Shown here piece by piece: positions 17,958 to 27,763 of a stretch of DNA of 64,000 bases. The position numbers were made by a program, and so were the translations under genes. The notes beneath the pieces were generated by a model that saw only the letters and a program-made list of their open reading frames with translations, had not been told where the DNA came from and made no database searches. Within the stretch, counting starts at the first letter, position 1; each line of letters opens with the position of its first letter. This stretch comes from a virus. The DNA is taken from the IMG/VR virus record IMGVR_UViG_3300021961_008712, positions 96,001-160,000 of that record. One strand, given 5' to 3'.

Positions 17958-18468
17958 TCAGACAGGCGGAGAAATTGCTGACCTATCAGAAAAGCTTGGA
18001 TTTTGGCCTGATAGAATTATTACAAATGAAAGACCAGATCATCTCAGAACTGTAGATCCTAGAATTGAGAAAAGAGGGTACTTTACTTTTAGTAATAAAC
18101 CAGACCTAGAAGAATATGAAGATCTTCTGGTTTACTTTCCTGGAGCATTAATAACTCTTCACGGTTGGTTGAGAATTATGCCTTCTGAAATCTGTGAGAA
18201 ATTTAGCGTGTTTAATGGGCATCCTGGCTTAATAACATTATATCCAGAACTTAAAGGTAAGGATCCTCAAATTAGAGCGTATGAAGGAAAGTATGAAAAA
18301 ATAGGAGCTGTTTTACATAAAGTTACAGCAGGTGTAGATGAAGGTCCTATAATTGCGGAAGATTATTTTCTTAACGAAGGGTTGGAGCTTAACGATATTT
18401 TTCGTAAATTAAAAGATATCAGTTTATTTATGTGGTTTGTATACTTAACAACGGTTTTAAATGATTAA
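17926..18468 (+). CDS. PurN-like formyltransferase (DpdN-like, putative preQ1 formyltransferase)
   Basis: GWLRIM, NGHPG, HKVTAGVDEGPII formyl-THF motifs; overlaps the dpdA-like gene. Confidence 0.8.
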   Translation: MGRRTWIAFFSQTGGEIADLSEKLGFWPDRIITNERPDHLRTVDPRIEKRGYFTFSNKPDLEEYEDLLVYFPGALITLHGWLRIMPSEICEKFSVFNGHPGLITLYPELKGKDPQIRAYEGKYEKIGAVLHKVTAGVDEGPIIAEDYFLNEGLELNDIFRKLKDISLFMWFVYLTTVLND

Positions 18469-18643
18469 ATGTATGGATAAAGAATTTTATTTAGTAAGAA
18501 AAAACGAAAGCAATGCATTTCAAAGATTAATGACGTTCTTTTTAGAACAAAATAAAAAATATGGTGCTGATTTCGGAGTAGCAGGAATGTACAATACTTT
18601 AAATAGGTTTTATGATAAAAAGAATAGCATTAGTAGGGGCTAG
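18461..18643 (+). CDS. hypothetical protein
   Basis: Coupled ORF downstream of an internal promoter at 18382. Confidence 0.5.
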   Translation: MIKCMDKEFYLVRKNESNAFQRLMTFFLEQNKKYGADFGVAGMYNTLNRFYDKKNSISRG

Positions 18644-19133
18644 TAGTACAGGTAAGACTACTGTCTATGAACTACTTAAAAATAAATTACCTAAATATGA
18701 ATTCGTAAACGAATCTACTAGAACTGTAGGTAGTTACGGATTTCCTATTAATGAAGAAGGTACTGATGCTACTCAACTGGCTATAAGTAGTTTTCATTTA
18801 GAAGCTTTACTGCAACCTTATAATCTAGTATTGGATAGGTGTTATATGGATTTACTCGTATATTCTAAGTTTATGGATAAATTATCTGTAAAGACATATA
18901 ACTATATTGAAGATATTTGGAATAGAGTTAAAGGTGAATATACTCACTATATCTACTTTCCTATTGAGTTCGAATCAGTAGATGACGGAGTAAGAAGTGT
19001 TAACGAAGAATGGAGAACTAAAATTGATGATGAATTTAAAGCTGTACTAGAAGGAGTTAGACAGCCTTACTTAACCGTTACTGGTTCTCCTATGCAAAGA
19101 GTTGAACAAATATTAAAATTTATAAATGTATAG
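18612..19133 (+). CDS. P-loop nucleotide kinase (NadR/AAA_28 or dNMP-kinase-like)
   Basis: GASSTGKTT, LDRC, DDGVR. Confidence 0.8.
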   Translation: MIKRIALVGASSTGKTTVYELLKNKLPKYEFVNESTRTVGSYGFPINEEGTDATQLAISSFHLEALLQPYNLVLDRCYMDLLVYSKFMDKLSVKTYNYIEDIWNRVKGEYTHYIYFPIEFESVDDGVRSVNEEWRTKIDDEFKAVLEGVRQPYLTVTGSPMQRVEQILKFINV

Positions 19134-19491
19134 ATACGAAGCAAAACTAGTCAGAGTAGTAGATGGAGATACTGCCGACGTAATGATCGATCTTGGCTTT
19201 GACGTTTGGACTAAAGCTAGATTAAGATTTAATGGAGTAGATACTTGGGAAAGTAGAACCCGAAATTTAGAAGAAAAAGAAAAAGGTTTACTTGCTAAAG
19301 AATTTACTGAATCCTACCTAACACGTAATGATGGAAAATTTCAGATTCAATCATTTGGAGTAGGTAAGTACGGTAGAGTGTTAGCAGATATATACATTAA
19401 GGGTGAGGAAAAATCTCTAAATCAACTACTAATAGAAAATGGTCATGCGTATTTTTACGATGGCGGTACAAAACAAATTTTTAAAGGTTAA
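19126..19491 (+). CDS. staphylococcal nuclease (SNase)-like protein
   Basis: RVVDGDT, RFNGVDT.E, KYGRVLA, LIENGHA. Confidence 0.9.
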   Translation: MYRYEAKLVRVVDGDTADVMIDLGFDVWTKARLRFNGVDTWESRTRNLEEKEKGLLAKEFTESYLTRNDGKFQIQSFGVGKYGRVLADIYIKGEEKSLNQLLIENGHAYFYDGGTKQIFKG

Positions 19492-19493
19492 TT

Positions 19494-20402
19494 ATGGAAG
19501 AAGTAAAGAATTATCAAGACGTTGTAGCAATTGCATCTAAACACTTAGGTAAGGTAGGCGGTGATGGGTATAAGGATACTTATGATCCTTCACTACTAGT
19601 TAAAATTCCTCGTATCTTAAATAGAGAAGGATATGGTCTTTCCGGAAAAGAATTTGTAGGAGTTGATGTATGGAATGCTTACGAAGTATCAGCTATTACT
19701 ACTAAAGGTCAACCTGTTGCTGGTATGCTTAAAATCGTATGTCCCGCGAATTCGGAATTTCACGTAGAATCTAAGTCTATAAAATTGTATTTAAACTCTT
19801 TTAATATGACGCAGATTGGTAGTACTGCTGCTGACTGTATTACCGGTATTGAAGCTAGAGTAGAGAGAGACTTAAGAGAACTTTTAGAAGCAGACGTTAC
19901 AGCAAGATTCTTTACCTCAGAAATGGAATTTGAAAGTCTAACTTTCCAGGGATACGATCCTTTAGATCAAATAACTAACTTAGATGCTATAGACTTTACA
20001 GCCTTTAAATCTGATGCTTCTCAACTAGATGTTGAAGAGCATTCATCTAGTACCGAAATAAAGTACTCCTCTAATTTACTTAGATCAAATTGTAGAGTTA
20101 CTAATCAACCGGATTGGGGTGATGTGTTTATTCGAATGGAGGGTAAAAATATTCCCACACCAGAATCAGTAGCTAAGTATATTGTTTCTCATAGAACAGT
20201 TAGTCACTTCCATGAGGAGATATGTGAAATGATTTTTAAACATTTGATGGATGCTTGTAACCCTGATCAGTTAATGGTGGCTTGTTTATATACTCGAAGA
20301 GGAGGTATTGATATTAATCCTATTAGAGCTACACACTCATTATATATACCGGACTTCTTTACTGAGCCTCTATTTACTATTAAGAAGACCCTTAGACAAT
20401 AA
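19494..20402 (+). CDS. queF: NADPH-dependent preQ0 reductase, bimodular type
   Basis: ESKSIKLYLNS, SNCRVTNQPDWG, FHEEICE, YTRRGGIDINP. Confidence 0.95.
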   Translation: MEEVKNYQDVVAIASKHLGKVGGDGYKDTYDPSLLVKIPRILNREGYGLSGKEFVGVDVWNAYEVSAITTKGQPVAGMLKIVCPANSEFHVESKSIKLYLNSFNMTQIGSTAADCITGIEARVERDLRELLEADVTARFFTSEMEFESLTFQGYDPLDQITNLDAIDFTAFKSDASQLDVEEHSSSTEIKYSSNLLRSNCRVTNQPDWGDVFIRMEGKNIPTPESVAKYIVSHRTVSHFHEEICEMIFKHLMDACNPDQLMVACLYTRRGGIDINPIRATHSLYIPDFFTEPLFTIKKTLRQ

Positions 20403-20412
20403 ATTTAACAGT

Positions 20413-20673
20413 ATGCCAGAAGTACTTATAGAAGAAGAAAAGCAACTAATTGCAACTAGAGTACCACCCGGTGATAACTGGGAATTAGTAATCGATCCAG
20501 GAACTACTATTGAGGGTTTGGTTATGGCTTTAACTATGTACATGCGTAAAACTAAGTTTAAAGGTCATTATAGATTAGAACCCTTAGAAGGTAAACTCTA
20601 CATAATCAAACAAGAAGAAATCATAGTAGAAGAACCAGAACCAATGCTATTCGACTTATATGGTGAATTCTAA
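20413..20673 (+). CDS. hypothetical protein (likely start ATG 20413)
   Basis: In-frame ATG after the queF stop. Confidence 0.65.
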   Translation: MPEVLIEEEKQLIATRVPPGDNWELVIDPGTTIEGLVMALTMYMRKTKFKGHYRLEPLEGKLYIIKQEEIIVEEPEPMLFDLYGEF

Positions 20674-21242
20674 TGTCCAGACTTTTAAAAAAATATTCTC
20701 TCAAGTATCAGTATCTCAAATTAGAGCATGAGGATACAAAAGAATACTTTTCTACATTAGAAGTTAAGTGGAAAGAAATCTTTGGAAAATATTTTAGTCA
20801 AATAAAAACTGAGATCTGGATTAATGAAGAAACAGGTGAAATAAGAGATACCCCTCCAGGAGAGGAAGAACCAAAAGTAGCTAAACCAGATAAACTGAAA
20901 AAACTATATAGAAAAGCATCTACAAAAGCACACCCAGATAAAGGAGGAACAGAAGAGGAATTTGACCGTATAAAATCTTGTTACGAAAATAATGACTTTT
21001 TAGGATTACTTTCCTATGCTTCTGAAAAAAATATCAATGTAGAAGTAGATGATGAAGATGAAGAGCTTCTCAAAGCCAGTGTATTTGGATTAGAAAAAAG
21101 AATACAGACAATTGAAGCATCGCTCATTTGGAATTTTTTTAAAGGTAATAACCGTATGAAGGTTAGAGTTATTAGACAGCTCGAACACCAGCACAATATA
21201 AAAATAGACGAAAAAGAAATACTAAATCAGTTGGAATCTTGA
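20673..21242 (+). CDS. J-domain (DnaJ-like) protein
   Basis: LKKLYRKASTKAHPDKGG...EF. Confidence 0.8.
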   Translation: MSRLLKKYSLKYQYLKLEHEDTKEYFSTLEVKWKEIFGKYFSQIKTEIWINEETGEIRDTPPGEEEPKVAKPDKLKKLYRKASTKAHPDKGGTEEEFDRIKSCYENNDFLGLLSYASEKNINVEVDDEDEELLKASVFGLEKRIQTIEASLIWNFFKGNNRMKVRVIRQLEHQHNIKIDEKEILNQLES

Positions 21243-21280
21243 ATAAAAGTTCGTATATTTAAGTATTAATTAGAAAGGTT

Positions 21281-21649
21281 ATGTGTAAAGTTACATGGTG
21301 TAACACCCCTATAGAAGAAGAAGCTCATTTTGCCACCAAATACTGTAAAGTTCATAGACAGTATCAAACTTACGGTAAAAATGCTCCAGTCCGTCCTTGG
21401 TTATTTTATAAAACGGAAAAAATAGTGGCAGGTAACTTAAAATGTGAGTGTTGCGGTTACGATCCAACTCAATTTTACGATAGAGATTTAAAAGAATTAA
21501 GTGGCTTATTTGATGTAGATCACATAAATTCTAATATTAAACATACTGATGAAGGAGAACAACCTTCTAACTATCAGCTTGTTTGTAAACATTGTCATAT
21601 ACTCAAATCATATGACGAAGGAGATTTTATAAGAAAAGATTTTAGATAA
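21281..21649 (+). CDS. HNH endonuclease-like zinc protein
   Basis: CECCG, DVDHI, NYQLVCKHCHILKS. Confidence 0.8.
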   Translation: MCKVTWCNTPIEEEAHFATKYCKVHRQYQTYGKNAPVRPWLFYKTEKIVAGNLKCECCGYDPTQFYDRDLKELSGLFDVDHINSNIKHTDEGEQPSNYQLVCKHCHILKSYDEGDFIRKDFR

Positions 21650-23974
21650 ATGCAATTAGAAAAAAAGTACTACACAGTCCAAGATAGCGAAACTTTAAAG
21701 CTACTATTCCAGCATATTCAAGATTCAGATGTTATAGCAGTCGATACGGAGACTACCGGACTTAATCCTAGGAAAGATAAAATTGTAGGTTGGTCTGTAT
21801 CTGGAGAAGAAGGTATAGGTTTCTATCTTCCTACCTTAGTCTGGAACTTTCAGAAAGATGAATTAGAACTGCAGACTATTGATGATACTTCTACTGAAGT
21901 AATTTCTAAAAATTTACTAAAAGCACTGATTGGAAAAAAGCTAGTATTTCACAACGCTTCTTTCGACGTTCAGTTTATTAATAACTATTTTGGTATTAAC
22001 TTACTACCTAGTGTTTGGGTTGATACTGGATTACTTGTTCATACAGTCTATGAAGAAGGAGCCTTCGGGTTTGGTAGTCCTTTCGGACTAAAATCTATTG
22101 CTATCATGAATCAGGAAGCTCTTGGCCTGAATGTGCAAGAAGCAGCTAACCAAGAGCAGTTGGAACTGAAAGAAAGTATTAAGAAAAATGGTGGTTCTGT
22201 CACTAAAGAAAGTTTTGAAATTTATAAAGCTGATCTGGATATTCTTAGCAAGTATGCTTCAGCTGATACTGATCTTACCCTTCGTATTTGTAATCTTTAT
22301 TTGGGTAAGCTTAGAGACGAAGGTTTGGAAGAATTCTTCTTCAACGAGGAAGTAATGCCAATCTACCGTGAGGTAACTGTACCTATGGAAGCTTACGGTG
22401 TAGATCTTGATATGGAGTTATTAGCTAAAACTTATGCTGAGATTACCGAGGATCAAGAAAAGAATAAAGAGATTGTAATGAAGTCTCTATTAGCTCTTCC
22501 GGAAGTTAAACAGTGGGTAGTAGATACTGCTATGACTAACTACCCTGTATCCCATAAAGGTAATTGGGCTCAAAAATTAGTTGAGAGATACTCTCTACCT
22601 TTACCTAAATCAGAGAAAACAGGCAAGTATACCCTTACTCAAAAAGCTATAGAAGAGTTAGAAGACTCTCCTCAAAAACAGTTTCTTCTTACCGGTGAAA
22701 ACCATTATATTAGTGAAGTAGAGCAAGCTAGAATTTCTATGAGTCTATGGAAAGAGCAAAATGATGGAGAATATCTCAATATTCAATCTAAAGCTCACTT
22801 AGGTGAAATAGTATTTAAATACATGGGTATTAAACCTAAAGTATCTGGTGCTAATACCAAGTCTGGTAGAGATAAGTTTGATATGGATATGGTAGAAGAG
22901 CTAGCTAAAGAGTATCCTTGGGCAGAAAATCTTCGTATCTACAATAAGCTCTTAAAAATAAAGTCTACTTATATTGAACGTTTTGTTAACGGTAATGAGG
23001 ACGGTAAATACTACTTCTACTTTAAGCAGAACGGTACTGTATCAGGTCGATATGGATCAGATGCACAACAGCTTCCTAAACCACTTGAACCAGGTGAAGA
23101 TGCTCCTGTAATAGAGAAGTATGTTAATATTGTTAGAGCATTCCTGATTGCAGGTAAGGGTAGAAAAGTAATTGATTGTGATTATGAATCTCTAGAACCT
23201 CACTGCTTTGCCTCAGTATCCGGTGATGAAAAACTACAAGAGATTTTTAACAATAATTACGACTTCTATTCGTATGTAGCAATACAGACTGAAAAACTTG
23301 AAGGTGTCTCTGCTGATAAATCTGCTCCTAACTACTTAAAGAAGCTAGACCCAGTTAAAAGAAATAAAGCTAAAGCTTATTCGTTAGGGGTTGCATACGG
23401 TATGGAAGCTTATGCTCTCAAAATGACGTTAGATGTTGATCAGAAAACTGCTGAAGGATTAATTAAAGGTTACTTGGATGGGTTTCCTGGTCTTGCTAAA
23501 TGGAGAGAAAATTCTAGACGCCAAGTTAAGGATGAAGGATATATTAAAAACTATGTAGGACGCGTTCGACACTTACCTAGAGTGAAGCAAATTTACTCTA
23601 AGTTTGGTGATAGAATGATGGACTGGAGATTTAGAAAAGAACTAGAGCTACAATACGGTAAAGATCAAGTAATGCAAGCATATCGAGACTATCGAAACGG
23701 ACTTAATAACTGCTTAAACTTTCAGTTGCAGTCTCTTGCCGCTGCGGTTGTTAACCGTGCTGCTCTTGCTATAAACAGAAAAGCAAAAGAACTAGGAGTA
23801 GATGCTTGTGTACAAGCTCAGGTACATGACCAGTTGGTTATTAACGTTAGAGAAGATCAAGCAGAAATGTTTGCTCCTTATGTTAAAGATCTAATGGAAA
23901 GTACCACACAGCTTCCTGGAGTTACTTTGAAAGCACCACCTGAAATTTCAATTAACTGGAGAGATGGACACTAA
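21650..23974 (+). CDS. polA: DNA polymerase family A with 3'-5' exonuclease
   Basis: DTETTG, HNASFD, YASAD exonuclease motifs; DYESLE (motif A), RNKAKAYSLGVAYG (B), QVHDQ (C). Confidence 0.95.
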   Translation: MQLEKKYYTVQDSETLKLLFQHIQDSDVIAVDTETTGLNPRKDKIVGWSVSGEEGIGFYLPTLVWNFQKDELELQTIDDTSTEVISKNLLKALIGKKLVFHNASFDVQFINNYFGINLLPSVWVDTGLLVHTVYEEGAFGFGSPFGLKSIAIMNQEALGLNVQEAANQEQLELKESIKKNGGSVTKESFEIYKADLDILSKYASADTDLTLRICNLYLGKLRDEGLEEFFFNEEVMPIYREVTVPMEAYGVDLDMELLAKTYAEITEDQEKNKEIVMKSLLALPEVKQWVVDTAMTNYPVSHKGNWAQKLVERYSLPLPKSEKTGKYTLTQKAIEELEDSPQKQFLLTGENHYISEVEQARISMSLWKEQNDGEYLNIQSKAHLGEIVFKYMGIKPKVSGANTKSGRDKFDMDMVEELAKEYPWAENLRIYNKLLKIKSTYIERFVNGNEDGKYYFYFKQNGTVSGRYGSDAQQLPKPLEPGEDAPVIEKYVNIVRAFLIAGKGRKVIDCDYESLEPHCFASVSGDEKLQEIFNNNYDFYSYVAIQTEKLEGVSADKSAPNYLKKLDPVKRNKAKAYSLGVAYGMEAYALKMTLDVDQKTAEGLIKGYLDGFPGLAKWRENSRRQVKDEGYIKNYVGRVRHLPRVKQIYSKFGDRMMDWRFRKELELQYGKDQVMQAYRDYRNGLNNCLNFQLQSLAAAVVNRAALAINRKAKELGVDACVQAQVHDQLVINVREDQAEMFAPYVKDLMESTTQLPGVTLKAPPEISINWRDGH

Positions 23975-24470
23975 TAAAATATTGATCATAGCAAATATAA
24001 GATGTGGAGGAACTACTCTCTTAAGATCACTTGCTTCAAATTATAAATGTCCTGCAATTTTTGAACCTACTAAGTTAGAAGATTTTGGTAATCATGTAGT
24101 AGTTAAAGCAAACGCAGCACAGCATAAAGTCGAAGACCTACTAACCTATTCAGAGAAGTTTGATAGTGTAATTCTTCTTGATCGAAAAAATAAAGAAGAA
24201 CAAATTCAATCTGCTACTTGGATGTTTCATCATAATACTTCTAATGTTAAATGGAAGTGGAATAAGAAATTAGAAGGAACTCCTGCTAATGAAAAAGCAA
24301 TTTATGAAGTAGGAGTACATACAGAAAATTTAGGAATCATTAGCGAGAAGCTAGGTATTGAAATTACATATTATGAGGACATCTATTTTGGAGAAGTATT
24401 AGTTAATGGATTTATTCCTCAAATAAGTAAGAAATTGAGACAAGAAGATACAAAAAAAATAATAATATAG
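23964..24470 (+). CDS. sulfotransferase-like P-loop protein (paralog 2)
   Basis: ANIRCGGTTL, FEP, VILLDR, YYEDI; resembles ORF 6143. Confidence 0.65.
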   Translation: MDTNKILIIANIRCGGTTLLRSLASNYKCPAIFEPTKLEDFGNHVVVKANAAQHKVEDLLTYSEKFDSVILLDRKNKEEQIQSATWMFHHNTSNVKWKWNKKLEGTPANEKAIYEVGVHTENLGIISEKLGIEITYYEDIYFGEVLVNGFIPQISKKLRQEDTKKIII

Positions 24471-24507
24471 TTGGATAAAATAGTTAAAAACCCTATATTT
24501 ATTAATA

Positions 24508-25017
24508 TAGAAATCGACCCCAGAGCGCTTTCTTATGTTTAACCCGACGATCTTAGGACGTCACAAATTTTAAATGATATGAGTACATTATTTTATGAAC
24601 GTAATCCGTTCGACATTTTAGTTAGGAATTTTTTCCAAGAAGCCGGGGCTTACAGACCTCTGGCAGAATCCAAATTACCCCACCCAGTAGATATTTACGA
24701 GAGAGACAACGGTCTAGGACTAGATATAGCTTGTACAGGGATCTCAAAAGAAGATATCGAAATTCTAATTGAGGGTAATATAATCAGAGTAAATTACGAT
24801 AAACCGAAAGACGAAGATCAAGGCGAATTTATACATAAAGGTATCGCTAAAAGATCTTTTAATTTAGGTTGGAAGATTGATAGTAGGTTTGACTTAAATA
24901 AAGCAACAGCTGAGTTTAAGAATGGCTTACTTCAAATTATTATTCCTTTTGCTAAAGGATCAGAGCCAAAAACTTTGAAAATTAGCTAAATTTTATTGCT
25001 CTGGGGTTTGATTTCTA
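24508..25017. repeat. imperfect inverted repeat pair flanking hsp20
   Basis: TAGAAATCGACCCCAGAGC (24508-24526) is complementary to GCTCTGGGGTTTGATTTCTA (24998-25017). Confidence 0.85.
24579..24989 (+). CDS. small heat shock protein Hsp20/IbpA
   Basis: PVDIYE, HKGIAKRSF, AEFKNGLLQI alpha-crystallin motifs. Confidence 0.93.
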   Translation: MSTLFYERNPFDILVRNFFQEAGAYRPLAESKLPHPVDIYERDNGLGLDIACTGISKEDIEILIEGNIIRVNYDKPKDEDQGEFIHKGIAKRSFNLGWKIDSRFDLNKATAEFKNGLLQIIIPFAKGSEPKTLKIS

Positions 25018-25054
25018 AATTAAAGTTCTTATATTAATATAAATAAAAAGTTTT

Positions 25055-25363
25055 ATGGATAAAAAGTTATTACCGTCAAATGACAGATTGTTAATTCGCC
25101 CTATAGATGAAGGCGAAAAAACGTACGGAAATATTGTAATTCCCGATATGGGAAAAGAAAAGCCGGAGATGGGAGAGGTCCTCGCCACAGGCAAAGGCAG
25201 ACTATCAGAGTTTGGCCATTTTATTCCAGTTAATCATAAAGTAGGTGATATTGTACTAATACCTAAAATTGGTACTCTAAGAATCGATTTTGAGGGAGAG
25301 GAATACTTTATAGCACAAGATAGAGAAATTTTAGCAGTTGTAAGAACCACAGAAGATGAATAA
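25055..25363 (+). CDS. groES: co-chaperonin GroES
   Basis: PSNDRLLI, KEKPEMGEVLATG, KVGD. Confidence 0.95.
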   Translation: MDKKLLPSNDRLLIRPIDEGEKTYGNIVIPDMGKEKPEMGEVLATGKGRLSEFGHFIPVNHKVGDIVLIPKIGTLRIDFEGEEYFIAQDREILAVVRTTEDE

Positions 25364-27011
25364 AGAATTAGTTTTTAATCACGAAGCAAGACAGCAACTC
25401 TCACAAGGAGTAGAAAAATTAGCAAAGACTGTCGTTTGCACACTTGGACCTGCCGGTAGAAATGTAATTATTGAGCAGGAAGCAGGTAACCCTACTTCTA
25501 CTAAAGACGGTGTTACTGTAGCTAAATCTATTAACTTAAAACATCCAGTAGAAGATATCGGAGCTCAGTTAGTAAAGCAGGCATCTATTAAGACAGGTGA
25601 TCAAGCTGGAGACGGTACTACTACCTCTACCTTACTAGCAAGAGAAATTTTTCAAAAAGGTTTAGGTACCATTGGAAATAATAATGCAGTAGAAGTAAAA
25701 AAAGGAATTGAATTTGCTACTAAAACAGCAGTAGAATATTTACAAAAGACATCTAAAGATATAACGGACGAAGAGCAGCTAAAACAAGTCGCTACTATTT
25801 CAGCTAATAACGATAATGAAGTTGGTGAGTTAATTTCCGCTGCCATGGATAAAGTAGGGCAAGATGGAGTCGTTACTATTGAGGAATCAAAAACAGGAGA
25901 GACCTACCTTGAAACGGTAGAAGGAATGCAATTTAGCAGAGGTTATAAGTCTCCTTATTTTGTTACTGACAATGGCTCTATGACAGCTGTTCTTCGTGAT
26001 CCGTTAATCTTAATTACAGATAAAAGATTAAACGCAGTAAAAGAATTACTTCCTATCCTAGAAGCAGTCTCTCAACAGAACAAGTCACTATTAGTTATTG
26101 CAGATGATATTGATGGAGAGGCATTATCTACTATGGTAGTTAATAAGATGAGAGGTATTTTACCTGTAGTAGCAGTAAAAGCTCCTGACTTTGGAGATAG
26201 AAAAAAAGCTTCTTTAGAAGATATTGCAATCTTGACCGGAGGAACAGTAGTATCGGATCAAAAAGGTATGAGACTAGATAAGTTTCAACCCGAATGGTTA
26301 GGTAAAGCCGGTAAGGTTACTGTAACTAAAGATAAGACTACTATTATTGATGCTAAAGGAAAAGATGTTGATATTGAAGAAAGAATTATTGATATCAAAA
26401 ATCAAATCGATGATTCTAATTCCCCTTTTGAAAAAGAAAATTTACAAGATAGATTAGGCAAGCTTGTAGGTGGTGTGGCCGTAGTACATGTCGGTGGTTA
26501 TACAGAAGTAGAGTTAAAAGAGAAAAAAGATAGAGTAGATGATGCTCTCCACGCCACCAGAGCTGCTTTAGAAGAAGGTATTCTTCCTGGAGGAGGAGTA
26601 GCGTTACTAAATGCAAGTACCTACCTACTTAATTTAAAAAAGAAAGGTGAATTCAAAACAAAGACAGCTAGTGAGCAAGTAGGTATTCAAATACTTACAG
26701 AGGCTATTCAAGCTCCCTTTACTCAGATTTTGTACAATGCCGGTAAACAGAGAGAAGAAGTAGAAGATATTCAGAAACTAATTAACTCTAAAACAAAAGA
26801 TGATTGGTACGGTTATAATTCGAGAAAAGAAGAGTATGCTGATATGTTTAAAGAAGGTATTATAGACCCAACTAAGGTTACGCGTCTAGCTTTGGAGAAT
26901 GCAGTTTCTGTTGCTGGTACAATGTTAATTACTGAAGCAGTAGTATCAGTTGAGAGAGATGAAGAAAATACTAAGAAACAACCAGACGCACAACAAATGC
27001 TATTAGGATAA
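25356..27011 (+). CDS. groEL: chaperonin GroEL
   Basis: TLGPAGRNV, TKDGVTVAK, GDGTTT, GIIDPTKV. Confidence 0.98.
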   Translation: MNKELVFNHEARQQLSQGVEKLAKTVVCTLGPAGRNVIIEQEAGNPTSTKDGVTVAKSINLKHPVEDIGAQLVKQASIKTGDQAGDGTTTSTLLAREIFQKGLGTIGNNNAVEVKKGIEFATKTAVEYLQKTSKDITDEEQLKQVATISANNDNEVGELISAAMDKVGQDGVVTIEESKTGETYLETVEGMQFSRGYKSPYFVTDNGSMTAVLRDPLILITDKRLNAVKELLPILEAVSQQNKSLLVIADDIDGEALSTMVVNKMRGILPVVAVKAPDFGDRKKASLEDIAILTGGTVVSDQKGMRLDKFQPEWLGKAGKVTVTKDKTTIIDAKGKDVDIEERIIDIKNQIDDSNSPFEKENLQDRLGKLVGGVAVVHVGGYTEVELKEKKDRVDDALHATRAALEEGILPGGGVALLNASTYLLNLKKKGEFKTKTASEQVGIQILTEAIQAPFTQILYNAGKQREEVEDIQKLINSKTKDDWYGYNSRKEEYADMFKEGIIDPTKVTRLALENAVSVAGTMLITEAVVSVERDEENTKKQPDAQQMLLG

Positions 27012-27763
27012 TGAAATACAGTTTTATAGTAGATTGGCTTAAGGAGTATAGTACTTCTAATAATGATAGAAACTTTGTAGTAGGTGTATCGGGCGGTATT
27101 GACTCCGCCCTTACTTCTACCCTCTGCGCTGAAACCGGTATTACAACTTATGTTGTTTCAATGCCAATTAAACAAGGACATAGAGAAGTTCAACTAGCGG
27201 AGGACCATATTGAATGGTTAGTAAACAAATATCCAAATGTTATTCCGTTAAAATACGAATTAGACAAAGTGTATGAGCAATTTACATCTCTATTCGAAAA
27301 CGTAAATGATTTAGCAAACGCTAATTCTAGATCAAGAATTCGAATGACCACACTTTACCATATTGCTCAAGTTACCCATTCACTAGTAGTAGGAACTGGT
27401 AATAAAGTAGAAGACTTTGGAATTGGATTTTTTACCAAATATGGCGATGGCGGCGTAGATATCTCACCCATAGCTGATCTAATGAAATCAGAAGTTAAAG
27501 AAGCAGCTTGTGAGTATCAATTACTATTAGATATTATAGATGCTAAGCCTACTGATGGTTTATGGGATGATAGCCGAACCGATGAAGATCAAATTGGTGC
27601 TACTTATGATGAATTAGAATGGGCTATGACATTTGGAGGTAAAAAAACAGGACTAAAAAAAAGACAAAAAGAAGTACTTAATATCTTCTACGGACTCCAG
27701 ATTCAAAATAAACATAAAATGAATCCTATTCCTATCTGTCTAAAACCACAAGATGTTAAGTAA
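27011..27763 (+). CDS. nadE: NH3-dependent NAD+ synthetase
   Basis: GVSGGIDS, SRIRM, GTGNK, FFTKYGDG, PTDGLW, TDEDQIG. Confidence 0.95.
   Translation: MKYSFIVDWLKEYSTSNNDRNFVVGVSGGIDSALTSTLCAETGITTYVVSMPIKQGHREVQLAEDHIEWLVNKYPNVIPLKYELDKVYEQFTSLFENVNDLANANSRSRIRMTTLYHIAQVTHSLVVGTGNKVEDFGIGFFTKYGDGGVDISPIADLMKSEVKEAACEYQLLLDIIDAKPTDGLWDDSRTDEDQIGATYDELEWAMTFGGKKTGLKKRQKEVLNIFYGLQIQNKHKMNPIPICLKPQDVK

Noticed and set aside
1094-23974. Introns or inteins in nrdA, nrdB or polA
   Set aside because: The ORFs are continuous and of normal length; the HNH gene at 21281 is free-standing.
24990-25055. CIRCE/HrcA operator before groES
   Set aside because: No TTAGCACTC-N9-GAGTGCTAA.
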